Part shown: piece after piece, positions 43,774-52,718 of the stretch
Layout: every line of letters starts with the position of its first letter
Position numbering within the stretch: position 1 is the first letter of the stretch
From: an uncultured Bacteroidota bacterium
GTDB taxonomy: Bacteria > Bacteroidota > Ignavibacteria > Kryptoniales > JAKASW01
NCBI GenBank assembly: GCA_963790995.1
Contig: CAWBQQ010000001.1
Coordinates: 1,617,552-1,681,551, forward strand
Reading direction: 5' to 3'
Length of the DNA: 64,000 nucleotides
Notes under the pieces: model-generated
Seen by the model: only the letters and a program-made list of their open reading frames with translations
Databases searched by the model: none
What the model was told of the DNA's origin: nothing
Made by a program: the position numbers and the translations under genes

Positions 43774-44588
43774 TGAATCGCACTTCGATCAAGAAAATCC
43801 TTGTTGATGTTCAGAAGGGAAAGGTGGATGCTTCAAGCGCATATGAGAAGATAAGACATTTACCGTTCGCACTTGAAGACGTCATAGATCCGGTTGACGG
43901 GATGGGGTATGCCATGGCCGACCACGGCCGCAGTTTAAGACTCGGGCTTGGAGAGGTAATTTACGGGGAACACAAAACAATAAAACAGATCGTAGGCATC
44001 GCGGAAAAGCTTTGTAAGTCAAAAGAGCCGGTCCTGATTACGAGGCTGTCCAGCGAGAAGATTCATGCCTTGGAAAAAAAGTTTAAGAATGGGCGGACTA
44101 ATTCCCTTTCGAATACCTTTACCATCAACCCGATTCCGTCGAAGGAGAATCATAAGGGTGAGCCGTACATTTGCATCATAACCGCGGGAACGGGCGATAT
44201 ACCGATCGCAGAGGAAGCGGCGGATGTATGCGAAGCGATGGGTGTCGCGTTCGTTAAAATATATGACGTGGGCGTCGCTGGAATTCATCGCGTGATGAAG
44301 AGATTAGACGTGATGCAGAATGCATCTGCATTGGTCGTCATTGCCGGAATGGAAGGCGCGCTGCCGAGCGTTATTGGTGGACTCGTGTCGAAACCGATTT
44401 TTGCGGTTCCGACCGACATCGGTTATGGCGCGAACTTCCGTGGATTGTCTGCGTTACTTGGGATGCTGTCATCCTGTGCCCCGGGCATCGCGGTAACTAA
44501 TATCAACGGTGGATTCTCGGCGGCCTATGCAGCATGCCGTGTCATAAATACAATAAAAGAAAAGATTCTAAATCCGAAAAAAGGATGA
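43773..44588 (+). CDS. larB: nickel-pincer cofactor biosynthesis protein LarB (AIR carboxylase-like)
   Basis: The true start is MNRTSIKKIL at 43773, overlapping the larE stop (TAATG). PurE-like core: ICIITAGTGDIPIAEEA ... VIAGMEGALPSVIGG. Confidence 0.8.
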   Translation: MNRTSIKKILVDVQKGKVDASSAYEKIRHLPFALEDVIDPVDGMGYAMADHGRSLRLGLGEVIYGEHKTIKQIVGIAEKLCKSKEPVLITRLSSEKIHALEKKFKNGRTNSLSNTFTINPIPSKENHKGEPYICIITAGTGDIPIAEEAADVCEAMGVAFVKIYDVGVAGIHRVMKRLDVMQNASALVVIAGMEGALPSVIGGLVSKPIFAVPTDIGYGANFRGLSALLGMLSSCAPGIAVTNINGGFSAAYAACRVINTIKEKILNPKKG

Positions 44589-44706
44589 AGTATCCATTCA
44601 CCAGCGAATCCTGGCGTTGAACCGCTGCGGCTATAAAGCGTCTAATTCTATGATTTGACATTTGTTCTTGTTTTGGTTAAAATCTTCTATGAATGCGGAG
44701 AAAACG

Positions 44707-45183
44707 ATGAAAAAAATAGCAGTTTTGTCGGTGTTGATATTGGTGATGAGTTCGTTGAGCTACGCGCAGTTCAAAGATCAACTCTCGAATTCATCGAATG
44801 TCGGAAACTCATTGATTCAACCGGACGACAGCAACGGACTGCTATTTGGGATTTTCAATCCTGCCAACTTCGCCATGCGCCAGTCTATTTCTATGAGCTA
44901 CATGACTCTCGGAAGCCAGGGCATAGCTCTTGGAATGTATACGAATAGCATGAGCTATAAGATCAGCAATCCATTAAGCATCAGCGCAGATGTCAGTCTT
45001 CTCAATTCGCCGTATAGTTCTCTGGGAAGTAATTTTTCAAAGGGCTTGAACGGCATTTACCTGACGCGGGCGGATCTTAATTATCACCCCACAAATAATT
45101 TTCAGATAGATTTGCAGTTCAACCAGAACCCAATGTACAGGTATTACAATCCTTATTATTATTACAACCCGTGGGGATGGTAA
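44707..45183 (+). CDS. secreted hypothetical protein, beta-rich with Tyr/Pro-rich tail
   Basis: The ATG at 44707 follows a GGAG. MKKIAVLSVLILVMSSLSYAQ is the signal peptide. The C-terminus reads YRYYNPYYYYNPWGW. I recognise no family. Confidence 0.5.
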   Translation: MKKIAVLSVLILVMSSLSYAQFKDQLSNSSNVGNSLIQPDDSNGLLFGIFNPANFAMRQSISMSYMTLGSQGIALGMYTNSMSYKISNPLSISADVSLLNSPYSSLGSNFSKGLNGIYLTRADLNYHPTNNFQIDLQFNQNPMYRYYNPYYYYNPWGW

Positions 45184-45299
45184 GGTAATTTGCAGTCCGC
45201 ATGATTCTTTCGAACAGGGTAATTTGATTAAAGAATCTCTCGTCTTCTTCGGCGTCCGGGCAGCCGCTCAATTTTGCACGCGAACCAAGTTTGTTGTTG

Positions 45300-45782
45300 A
45301 TGAAGAGACGTAGGGAAAACTTTTTCTTAAAGGCAAAAAGATATTTAGCCGTACCATCTCAGTTATTAGTTCTGCTGTTCGCCATTGTGCTGGCATACTC
45401 TCTTCTAGATCGGCTTATCATTCATCCGTCGGTAAGGTCCGAGCGTATGGAAAAAGATGCGCCGACAAAAATCGAGAAGCTTATACAGATCAGCGTACGA
45501 AACGAATGCGGGGTTAAGAACATCGCCATGGATTTTACTTTCTATCTGCGTAAACGCGGATTCGATGTAGTCGAGACAACAAATGGCTCTTCAACCAATA
45601 GACAACTCACGACCGTTGTCGACGCAGCCGGAAATCTTCAGAACGCTCTCCGGGTGGCGGAAGCTTTAGGAGTGAGAAAGCAAAACGTTATAACGAGATT
45701 GGATCCGAAAAGTTATGTGGATGTCGAAGTTCTGATCGGGAAAGATTACCGAAGTTTAAAACCAAATGAGAGTATTGAATAA
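45300..45782 (+). CDS. LytR_C-domain membrane-anchored protein
   Basis: An N-terminal TM anchor is followed by IQISVRNECGVKNIAMDFTFYLRKRGFDVVET...VEVLIGKDY, typical of LytR C-terminal domains. Confidence 0.65.
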   Translation: MKRRRENFFLKAKRYLAVPSQLLVLLFAIVLAYSLLDRLIIHPSVRSERMEKDAPTKIEKLIQISVRNECGVKNIAMDFTFYLRKRGFDVVETTNGSSTNRQLTTVVDAAGNLQNALRVAEALGVRKQNVITRLDPKSYVDVEVLIGKDYRSLKPNESIE

Positions 45783-45783
45783 T

Positions 45784-46185
45784 ATGGCAGAGAGAAAGAC
45801 TCTACAGCACAGGATCGCCGAGCTCGCGTTGACGAAGAAGGCGAAAGACGTTGCGATCTTAGACTTGCGGAAGTTGACTTCCATGACCGACTATTTTGTC
45901 GTGTGTACAGGCGATTCAGAGACGCAGGTCAAAGCAATTGCCGATGCGATCCTGGCAGGAATGGAGGAACATGGCGAAAGGGCATGGCATGCCGAAGGAT
46001 TGCAAAATCTTCAGTGGGTCTTGCTGGATTTCGTTAACGTAGTGGTACACGTGTTCCATAAAGACGCGAGGACATTTTACGGCCTCGAAAAACTTTGGGG
46101 CGATGCCAGGATTCAGAAAGTCGCGGACAGGAAGCCGAAAGCATTGGCGCCGAAGCCTCGCCGGCCTCAGACCGAAAGGAAGTAG
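45784..46185 (+). CDS. rsfS: ribosome silencing factor
   Basis: MAERKTLQH... with DVAILDLRKLTSMTDYFVVCTGDSETQVKAIAD and WVLLDFVNVVVHVF. Carries a basic C-terminal tail. Confidence 0.9.
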   Translation: MAERKTLQHRIAELALTKKAKDVAILDLRKLTSMTDYFVVCTGDSETQVKAIADAILAGMEEHGERAWHAEGLQNLQWVLLDFVNVVVHVFHKDARTFYGLEKLWGDARIQKVADRKPKALAPKPRRPQTERK

Positions 46186-46186
46186 A

Positions 46187-47836
46187 GTGAAAGATTATCT
46201 TAAGTCTAAAATTTTGCTGACGCTTGAAAAATTAGATTTAAAATGCTCCACAGAGATTTCATTCGAGAAGCCTAAAATAGAATCCCACGGCGATTTATCG
46301 ACAAATTTTGCTCTTCTGGCCGCCAAAGAATTGAAGATGAAGCCGCGTGAAATTGCGCAAAAGGTCCTCGATATGGTGGAACTTGACCCGTCATTGATCG
46401 AGAAGGCGGAATTAGCAGGCCCGGGATTTATAAATTTTAGATTCACAGTAAAATATTTTCTTTCGTTCATAAGCGAGGTATTGAAGGAAGGAGAAAACTT
46501 CGGAAGGTCCAATGCGGGTGCCGGAAAGAAGACGCAGGTCGAATTTGTCAGCGCAAACCCGACCGGACCGTTGACAGTCGGCCACGGAAGGAATGCCGTC
46601 TTCGGCGACACGATCGCCAACGTCCTTGAGTGGACGGGTCATGACGTGACTCGCGAATATTATTTCAACAATGCGGGCAGGCAGATGCGCGTTCTTGGAG
46701 ATTCCGTTCGCCTTCGGTATAAGGAGATTCTCGGTGAGAAAATCGATTTCCCGGCAGACTACTACCAGGGTGAATACATCCGCGAAATTGCACAACATCT
46801 ATATGACGAGAGCGCCGACAGATTAAAGGATGAACCGCCTGAAGGAGTCTTCAAAGAAAAAGCCGAGCAGGAAATCTTCGATGACATCAAGAAAACATTG
46901 AACCGGCTTCAAATAAAGTTCGATGTCTTTTACAACGAGAACTCACTTTATGATGCGGGAAATATAAAAGAGGTGATCGCAGCGCTCGAATCGAAAGGGC
47001 TCGTTTATGAAAAGGAAGGTGCGAAATGGTTCAAGGCAACTGCGGTCGGCGGCGAACAGGATAAGGTGGTAGTAAAAAGCACGGGCGAGCCGACATATCG
47101 TCTTCCTGATATTGCCTACCACATCGAAAAATTTAGGCGCGGCTTCGATCTTGTCGTAGATATTTTCGGCTCGGACCACATCGCGACGTACCCCGACGTG
47201 CTCCTTGCGCTGAAATCGCTCGGCTACGACACGGACAAAATCAAAGTCCTGATTCACCAATTCGTGACTATTTTTCAAAACGGCGAAGTTGTCAAGATGT
47301 CAACACGAAAAGCGAACTACATCACTCTCGACGAGCTTATCGACTGGGTCGGAGCCGATGCCGTAAGATTTTTCTTTCTGATGAGAAACATCGGCACGCA
47401 TCTGAATTTCGATGTCGATCTAGCGAAAAAACAAAGCGAGGAGAACCCGGTTTTTTATTTGCAATACGCCCATGCAAGAATCGCCAGCATCGTTCGCTTC
47501 GCTGAGAGCGAAGGGATTTTGACAGATGCGATTAACACCGGCAATATGAACTTCGATGTAGACCTGTTGAAGGAAAAAGAAGAAATCGAGCTTACGAAAA
47601 TCCTGGGAACATTTCCTGAAGTTGTCGAAGCAGCCGCGCTGAGTTTTGAGCCACACCGGATAATCAATTGTCTGCAGGAAGCTGCCGAGGCTTTCCACAG
47701 ATTTTATCATGTATGCCGCGTGGTCATTCCTGAAAAGGAATTAGCCAGGTCGAGACTGGCGTTATGTCTCGCTGCAAAAACCATTCTCGCAAATGGATTT
47801 AAAATTTTGGGGATAAGCGCACCGGAGAAAATGTAG
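46187..47836 (+). CDS. argS: arginine--tRNA ligase
   Basis: The ORF opens at 46103, but the GTG at 46187 (VKDYLKSKIL, AAAGGAAG RBS) follows the rsfS stop directly. Motifs include SANPTGPLTVGHGRN (HIGH-like) and a C-terminal DALR domain. Confidence 0.9.
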   Translation: MKDYLKSKILLTLEKLDLKCSTEISFEKPKIESHGDLSTNFALLAAKELKMKPREIAQKVLDMVELDPSLIEKAELAGPGFINFRFTVKYFLSFISEVLKEGENFGRSNAGAGKKTQVEFVSANPTGPLTVGHGRNAVFGDTIANVLEWTGHDVTREYYFNNAGRQMRVLGDSVRLRYKEILGEKIDFPADYYQGEYIREIAQHLYDESADRLKDEPPEGVFKEKAEQEIFDDIKKTLNRLQIKFDVFYNENSLYDAGNIKEVIAALESKGLVYEKEGAKWFKATAVGGEQDKVVVKSTGEPTYRLPDIAYHIEKFRRGFDLVVDIFGSDHIATYPDVLLALKSLGYDTDKIKVLIHQFVTIFQNGEVVKMSTRKANYITLDELIDWVGADAVRFFFLMRNIGTHLNFDVDLAKKQSEENPVFYLQYAHARIASIVRFAESEGILTDAINTGNMNFDVDLLKEKEEIELTKILGTFPEVVEAAALSFEPHRIINCLQEAAEAFHRFYHVCRVVIPEKELARSRLALCLAAKTILANGFKILGISAPEKM

Positions 47837-48036
47837 ACTCGCCTTGCAGTCTTAACTCGCACAAGGACAAAATTCAAAATTCAGGCTTCGAACCTGCGAT
47901 GCAAAAATCAATAGCTGGTTGGCCTTTGGCTTACACTCAATGGCGGCTTTTCGATTTGCACAGGTTCACCAACGGTGTTAAATTATAAATGGAATTATTG
48001 ATTATCGCGCGTTTTATCGCTTTCGCTAATGTAATT

Positions 48037-48110
48037 GGGGCAGTAGCTCAGTTTGGGAGAGCGCCAGAATCGCACTCTGGAGGTCGGGGGTTCGACTCCC
48101 CTCTGCTCCA
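48037..48110 (+). tRNA. tRNA-Ala(CGC): tRNA-Ala, anticodon CGC
   Basis: I folded the cloverleaf by hand: acceptor GGGGCAG/CTGCTCC with a G3:U70 pair, anticodon stem CCAGA/TCTGG with loop AT-CGC-AC, and T-loop TTCGACT. No encoded CCA. Confidence 0.85.
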
Positions 48111-48203
48111 CGATGAGAATGGCTCATTGGCCATGGTTCCCAGCTGATGGGTGGGAGCCAAACGCAGGATTTTTCCTGTCAATAATGAGCTATTTAAGTT
48201 CTT

Positions 48204-48305
48204 TGAGGTCAAGTCCTGTGCAATGGAAGGTTGCCGAACCCCGCCAGGTCCGGAAGGAAGCAACGGTAAGCGTACTGACTGTGTGACGCAGTAAGCTTGA
48301 CCTCA
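48204..48305 (+). ncRNA. ffs: signal recognition particle RNA (small 4.5S type)
   Basis: Contains CCAGGTCCGGAAGGAAGCAAC, the conserved domain IV with a GGAA tetraloop. The ends GAGGTCAAG / CTTGACCTC pair with each other. A T-rich tract follows at 48306..48321. Confidence 0.75.
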
Positions 48306-48631
48306 TATTTTTTATTTTTTTATCAGCCGGTGGAATATTCAAGCCGGTTGTCATATTGTAAGACTCCTTTAAAGGAGGAGATTTATTTTTTCGAATACAG
48401 CTGTTTTTAAGAGCCCCGGAAGCCGAAGATCGGAGAAAGGATTGCTATCGATCATCGGAGGATTAACTTTATCAGCTTACCGTTCAGTTCCGCCTCTTGG
48501 GGATATAACATCCCCATCGCACGAATTCCGAGTGCTGCCGGAACAATTTTTACAACTATTTTTCAAAACTAGCGGAGTCGTTGCAGACTGTCTCCAGAGT
48601 TTTAGCAAGAGTGTGATGAATTTTTTTGGGA

Positions 48632-48660
48632 AAGTGGTACATATTAGACCACTTTTTTTA
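48632..48660 (+). terminator. intrinsic-terminator-like hairpin inside the ffs-rng spacer
   Basis: AAGTGGT-acatattag-ACCACTT followed by TTTTTAAT, 240 nt upstream of the rng start codon. Confidence 0.5.
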
Positions 48661-48898
48661 ATCTCATCGGACGAAGATGCGAGCTATCGACCCGTGCCTG
48701 CTATGCAGAGACGGGTTATGGGCATTAAAATGTTCGCACGAAGCATAGCGTCAGATGATGGTACGGTTGCGTACCATGAATGCAGGCACTCCAATGAATT
48801 GCGAGAAAACCAGATCAGCGTCGCGCACGGCGCAACGGATAGAAATCCGGTCGACAGCCAAAACCAATCTCCGCTCAAACACAACAAAGCAGGTTTTT

Positions 48899-50548
48899 AT
48901 GAAAAAGGAGATTATAATCAATGAGACTGCCGACCAGATTCGTATCGCAATTACGGAAGAGGGCAGGCTCGCAGAAATTTTTGTCGAATCGCCGGGCAAA
49001 GAACGCATGGTCGGGGATATCTACCTTGGCAAAGTCGCAAGGGTCATGTCCGGCATCAGGGCTGCATTCATCGACATCGGACACAAGCAGGACGCATTCC
49101 TGCACTTCTCGGATGTTGATCCGAATCTAGACGATTATTCTTCGCTGATCGGCGAAGAGGATTCGGAAATTGACGATGAGGACGATGACGACGAAGGCGA
49201 CGCAGCCCCGGTTTCGACTGCAACCCAGCCGTCTCGTCCTCAAAACGGCTCCCGCCCGCAAACGATGCAGAGGATGCAACGACCTCCACAAAGAGAAATA
49301 CACCTCGATCGCGGAAAGAGCATCATTGTCCAGGTAACGAAGGAGCCTATAGGCAAAAAGGGCGTCCGCGTGACAAGCAAAGTTTCATTGCCCGGAAGAT
49401 ATTTGGTGCTTCTCCCGTTTGACGGGCGCGTCGGAGTCTCGAAGAAGCTTTACAACTTCAGAGAGAAAAAGAGACTCAGAAGAATTGTGAGGAGTATGCT
49501 GCCGGAAGGTTTTGGTGTCATTATAAGGACGGTGGCCGACGGAAAAGATGAGGAGCTGCTTAAGAGCGACCTTGGACAATTAATCAAGACATGGCACGAA
49601 ATTGAGAGGACCGTAAAGAACGATCAGCCTCCGATTCTCCTTTACAAAGATTTGTCGACCGTGTCGAGCGTCATTCGCGACTTATTCAACAGTGACGTGC
49701 AAAGGGTCGTAACAGATTCGCGAAGACTTTATAAGGAAATCACGACTTATGTAAAGTGGTTTGCGCCGGCACTCGTCAACAAGATAGAGTATTACCGCGG
49801 CACACAGCCTATCTTCGACGTATTCGGCGTTGCCAAAGATATGCAGGAGTCGCTCGGCAGGCGTGTCGCATTAAGATCCGGTGGATACCTTGTGATAGAT
49901 GTGACGGAGGCCATGACGGTCATAGACGTTAACAGCGGACGTTACGCAGCTAACAAAGAACAGGAACAGAATTCTTTGCGTACCGATTTGGAAGCATCGC
50001 GTGAAATTATCAGACAGCTTCGCCTGCGCGATATCGGCGGAATAATCGTCATTGATTTCATAGATCTTGAAGACGAAAGAAATAGACGAAAGGTCTATGA
50101 AGAGCTGCGAAAGGAATTCCGCAGAGACAGAGCAAAGGCAACTGTTCTTCCCATGACGGAGTTCGGACTCGTTCAAATCACAAGGCAGCGAATTCGCCAG
50201 AGCATCATGCAGTCGTTCAGCGAGACATGCCCGGTCTGTGCTGGCACAGGAATCGTTCAGAGCAGGGCAACTGTACTCACCGACATCACGGGATGGCTCG
50301 GAAGATTTAAATCGGAAAGTCGCGGCAGAAAACTCAAGTTGACAGTTCACCCATACATTGCCGCGTACCTGAAAGAAGGCAGACCGAGTCATCTCTTAAA
50401 ATTGATGTGGAAGGATAAACTGATTATTAAGCTGGAAACCGACACCAAGATACCCGTTAATTTATTCAAGGTCTTTTCATACGCTGAGAACCGAGAACTG
50501 ACGGACATTTTCACAACGGGGTCCACCGTTTTGCCGGCGAAGAGATAA
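48899..50548 (+). CDS. rng: Rne/Rng-family ribonuclease (RNase G-like)
   Basis: The ORF is open from 48755, but the family N-terminus MKKEIIINETADQIRIAITEEGRLAEIF starts at 48899. It has an S1 domain, DVNSG... catalytic core motifs and a CPVCAGTG zinc-link-like motif. Confidence 0.85.
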   Translation: MKKEIIINETADQIRIAITEEGRLAEIFVESPGKERMVGDIYLGKVARVMSGIRAAFIDIGHKQDAFLHFSDVDPNLDDYSSLIGEEDSEIDDEDDDDEGDAAPVSTATQPSRPQNGSRPQTMQRMQRPPQREIHLDRGKSIIVQVTKEPIGKKGVRVTSKVSLPGRYLVLLPFDGRVGVSKKLYNFREKKRLRRIVRSMLPEGFGVIIRTVADGKDEELLKSDLGQLIKTWHEIERTVKNDQPPILLYKDLSTVSSVIRDLFNSDVQRVVTDSRRLYKEITTYVKWFAPALVNKIEYYRGTQPIFDVFGVAKDMQESLGRRVALRSGGYLVIDVTEAMTVIDVNSGRYAANKEQEQNSLRTDLEASREIIRQLRLRDIGGIIVIDFIDLEDERNRRKVYEELRKEFRRDRAKATVLPMTEFGLVQITRQRIRQSIMQSFSETCPVCAGTGIVQSRATVLTDITGWLGRFKSESRGRKLKLTVHPYIAAYLKEGRPSHLLKLMWKDKLIIKLETDTKIPVNLFKVFSYAENRELTDIFTTGSTVLPAKR

Positions 50549-50760
50549 ACCATTACGATATTTGGAAATCCTTTTCAGATTAGCCTTCCGAAACATCACG
50601 GCGTTGTTGGGCACGCACTTCATTTCAAGAGGAGCCGCAGTTTTTTGTCAGGTAAAACCGGATTGCATAGATGTTGTTTTTTTGCCTCCAATAAATTTGA
50701 TTTTCACGTAACGCTGTCAATTCAAATCAATGAAAATTCAAAAACTATCAGGTGCAATCG

Positions 50761-51195
50761 ATGAAAAATCTCGAGATCAAAATGCAGCCAACGAAAAGGA
50801 TAGCATTGGTGGCCCATGACAACAAGAAAGAAGAGCTTTTGGATTGGGCGAAATTCAACAAAGACATTTTGATACACCACAAGCTCTTTGCGACAGGCAC
50901 TACCGGCAAAATGTTGTCCGACGCCGTCGGAATAAAAATAAAAAGGATGCTTAGCGGGCCGGTCGGCGGAGATCAGGAAATTGGAGCCATGATAGCTGAA
51001 GGAAAAATAGACCTGCTGTTTTTCTTTTGGGACCCGCTTGAACCCCAGCCGCACGATCCGGACGTAAAGGCGCTGCTGCGCATCGCGGCGGTCTGGAATA
51101 TACCGGTCGCGTGTAACAAAGCCTCGGCAGATTTTTTCATCTCATCGCCGCTATTTCATTCCGAGTATAAGCGCGATGTTTTTCTCAAGGCATGA
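50761..51195 (+). CDS. mgsA: methylglyoxal synthase
   Basis: [23 protein letters not shown] and [10 protein letters not shown] motifs. The start is at 50761 or 50782. Confidence 0.9.
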   Translation: MKNLEIKMQPTKRIALVAHDNKKEELLDWAKFNKDILIHHKLFATGTTGKMLSDAVGIKIKRMLSGPVGGDQEIGAMIAEGKIDLLFFFWDPLEPQPHDPDVKALLRIAAVWNIPVACNKASADFFISSPLFHSEYKRDVFLKA

Positions 51196-51276
51196 AAGAG
51201 ATTTAATTTTACTTTAATCTTTTTTAGTAACTTCATAAATTTCATCTGAACAAAATCAATTAAAAGGAGTAAGTGT

Positions 51277-52434
51277 ATGCAAATTGGAATTCTCACCGGC
51301 GGCGGCGATGTCCCGGGCCTAAACCCCTGCATTAAAGCGGCAGTTTACCGGGCCGAAGATGCAGGGGTAGGAATTATCGGGATTAAACGCGGCTGGGCTG
51401 GATTATTAAATTACAATTTTGATTCAAAGAATAATGACGAGTGGGTCGTGCCTCTGAATAAGCAGAACACCAGAACGGTTGACAGATCGGGCGGAACGTT
51501 TCTTCATACTTCTCGAACAAATCCGAGCAAAGTAAAACCCAAAGACGTTCCTGAATTTCTGAAAGATCCGAAAAATCCCGCGAAGAAAGATGATCCACCA
51601 CTTGATTTTACGCCGCACGTTCTCAAAGTCCTTGAAAAACTGAAGATCGACGCTCTACTACCAATCGGCGGCGACGACACTTTGAGCTATGGCGTGCGTC
51701 TTCACAAGGAAGGATTCCCCGTGGTGGCGATTCCGAAGACCATGGATAACGACGTATTCGGGACAGACTATTGCATCGGTTTCTCCACCGCGGTCACGCG
51801 CAGCGTAAATTTTATAACTGCACTTCGAACTCCAGCCGGTTCGCACGAACGCATTGCCGTTGTCGAACTTTTCGGAAGAAACTCCGGTGAGACATCATTG
51901 ATTTCCGCATACTTAGCCGGCGTGGATCGAGCGATCATCTCCGAAGTGCCTTTCGATCCCGAGAAGCTGGCAAAACTTCTTCTCGAAGATAAAAAACGAA
52001 ATCCGAGCGATTACGCGATCATGACAATTTCGGAAGGGGCTCAGATGACAGCAGGCAAGATTGTCGAGTACGGCGAAGCCGATGCTTACGGTCACAAGAA
52101 GCTGGGAGGCATAGGTCAGATCACCGGTGATGCCCTCAAGCAAATAACAGGTTCGGATGTCATTTATCAGCAGGTAGCCTATCTTATGCGTAGCGGGGAA
52201 CCGGATGCGCTGGACAGGATGGTTGCGACAAGTTATGCAAATCTTGCCACGGATCTGGTCATCAAAAGAGAGCTCGGAAGGATGGTTGCCCTGAAGGAAG
52301 GCAAATATACGCACATTCCGCTTTCAAATATCACGGAAGGGTTGAAACGCGTGGATGTAGGTGAGCTTTATGACGCTGAACTATACAGGCCGAAAATTGC
52401 GCACCTTCTCAATAAGCCAATGTTCTTGTATTGA
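51277..52434 (+). CDS. 6-phosphofructokinase with PPi-dependent-type signature residues
   Basis: 385 aa with [18 protein letters not shown] and PKTMDND. Asp and Lys occupy the positions that are Gly104 and Gly124 in ATP-dependent E. coli PfkA. AAAGGAG RBS. Confidence 0.8.
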   Translation: MQIGILTGGGDVPGLNPCIKAAVYRAEDAGVGIIGIKRGWAGLLNYNFDSKNNDEWVVPLNKQNTRTVDRSGGTFLHTSRTNPSKVKPKDVPEFLKDPKNPAKKDDPPLDFTPHVLKVLEKLKIDALLPIGGDDTLSYGVRLHKEGFPVVAIPKTMDNDVFGTDYCIGFSTAVTRSVNFITALRTPAGSHERIAVVELFGRNSGETSLISAYLAGVDRAIISEVPFDPEKLAKLLLEDKKRNPSDYAIMTISEGAQMTAGKIVEYGEADAYGHKKLGGIGQITGDALKQITGSDVIYQQVAYLMRSGEPDALDRMVATSYANLATDLVIKRELGRMVALKEGKYTHIPLSNITEGLKRVDVGELYDAELYRPKIAHLLNKPMFLY

Positions 52435-52456
52435 TCTCTGACTAATCCTTTGTTAT

Positions 52457-52494
52457 AGGGCAAGATGGACATTTTCTTCTATCTTGCCCTTTTC
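52457..52494 (+). terminator. intrinsic terminator after the phosphofructokinase gene
   Basis: AGGGCAAGAT-14 nt-ATCTTGCCCT followed by TTTC. Confidence 0.6.
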
Positions 52495-52718
52495 AATGGC
52501 CAAAATGCATCTGTCCCAAAATGCCTGTGCTGAGTCAAGAAATTCTCCTCATTGTTGAGCTTTTAAACAAATCATTCTTATTTATCCCTTTTTTTTTCGA
52601 TTTTCCGACACTAATTTTTCCCGTAATCGGCACTCTGATTGCAGTTACTGAAGCTGATATTTTTAAATATACAAGTTTGACATTTTTGCAATAAGCACAA
52701 GAAAAGGAGAATTAAGCT

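Noticed and set aside
48442-48924. 160-aa ORF, and the 48-codon N-terminal extension of the rng ORF from 48755
   Set aside because: The sequence is not protein-like and overlaps terminator-like hairpins. The RNase G family N-terminus begins cleanly at the ATG at 48899.
49871-50392. 173-aa minus ORF inside rng, and similarly the 168-aa minus ORF 54402..54908 inside the cytochrome gene
   Set aside because: They are shadow ORFs opposite strongly supported genes, with no RBS or family resemblance.
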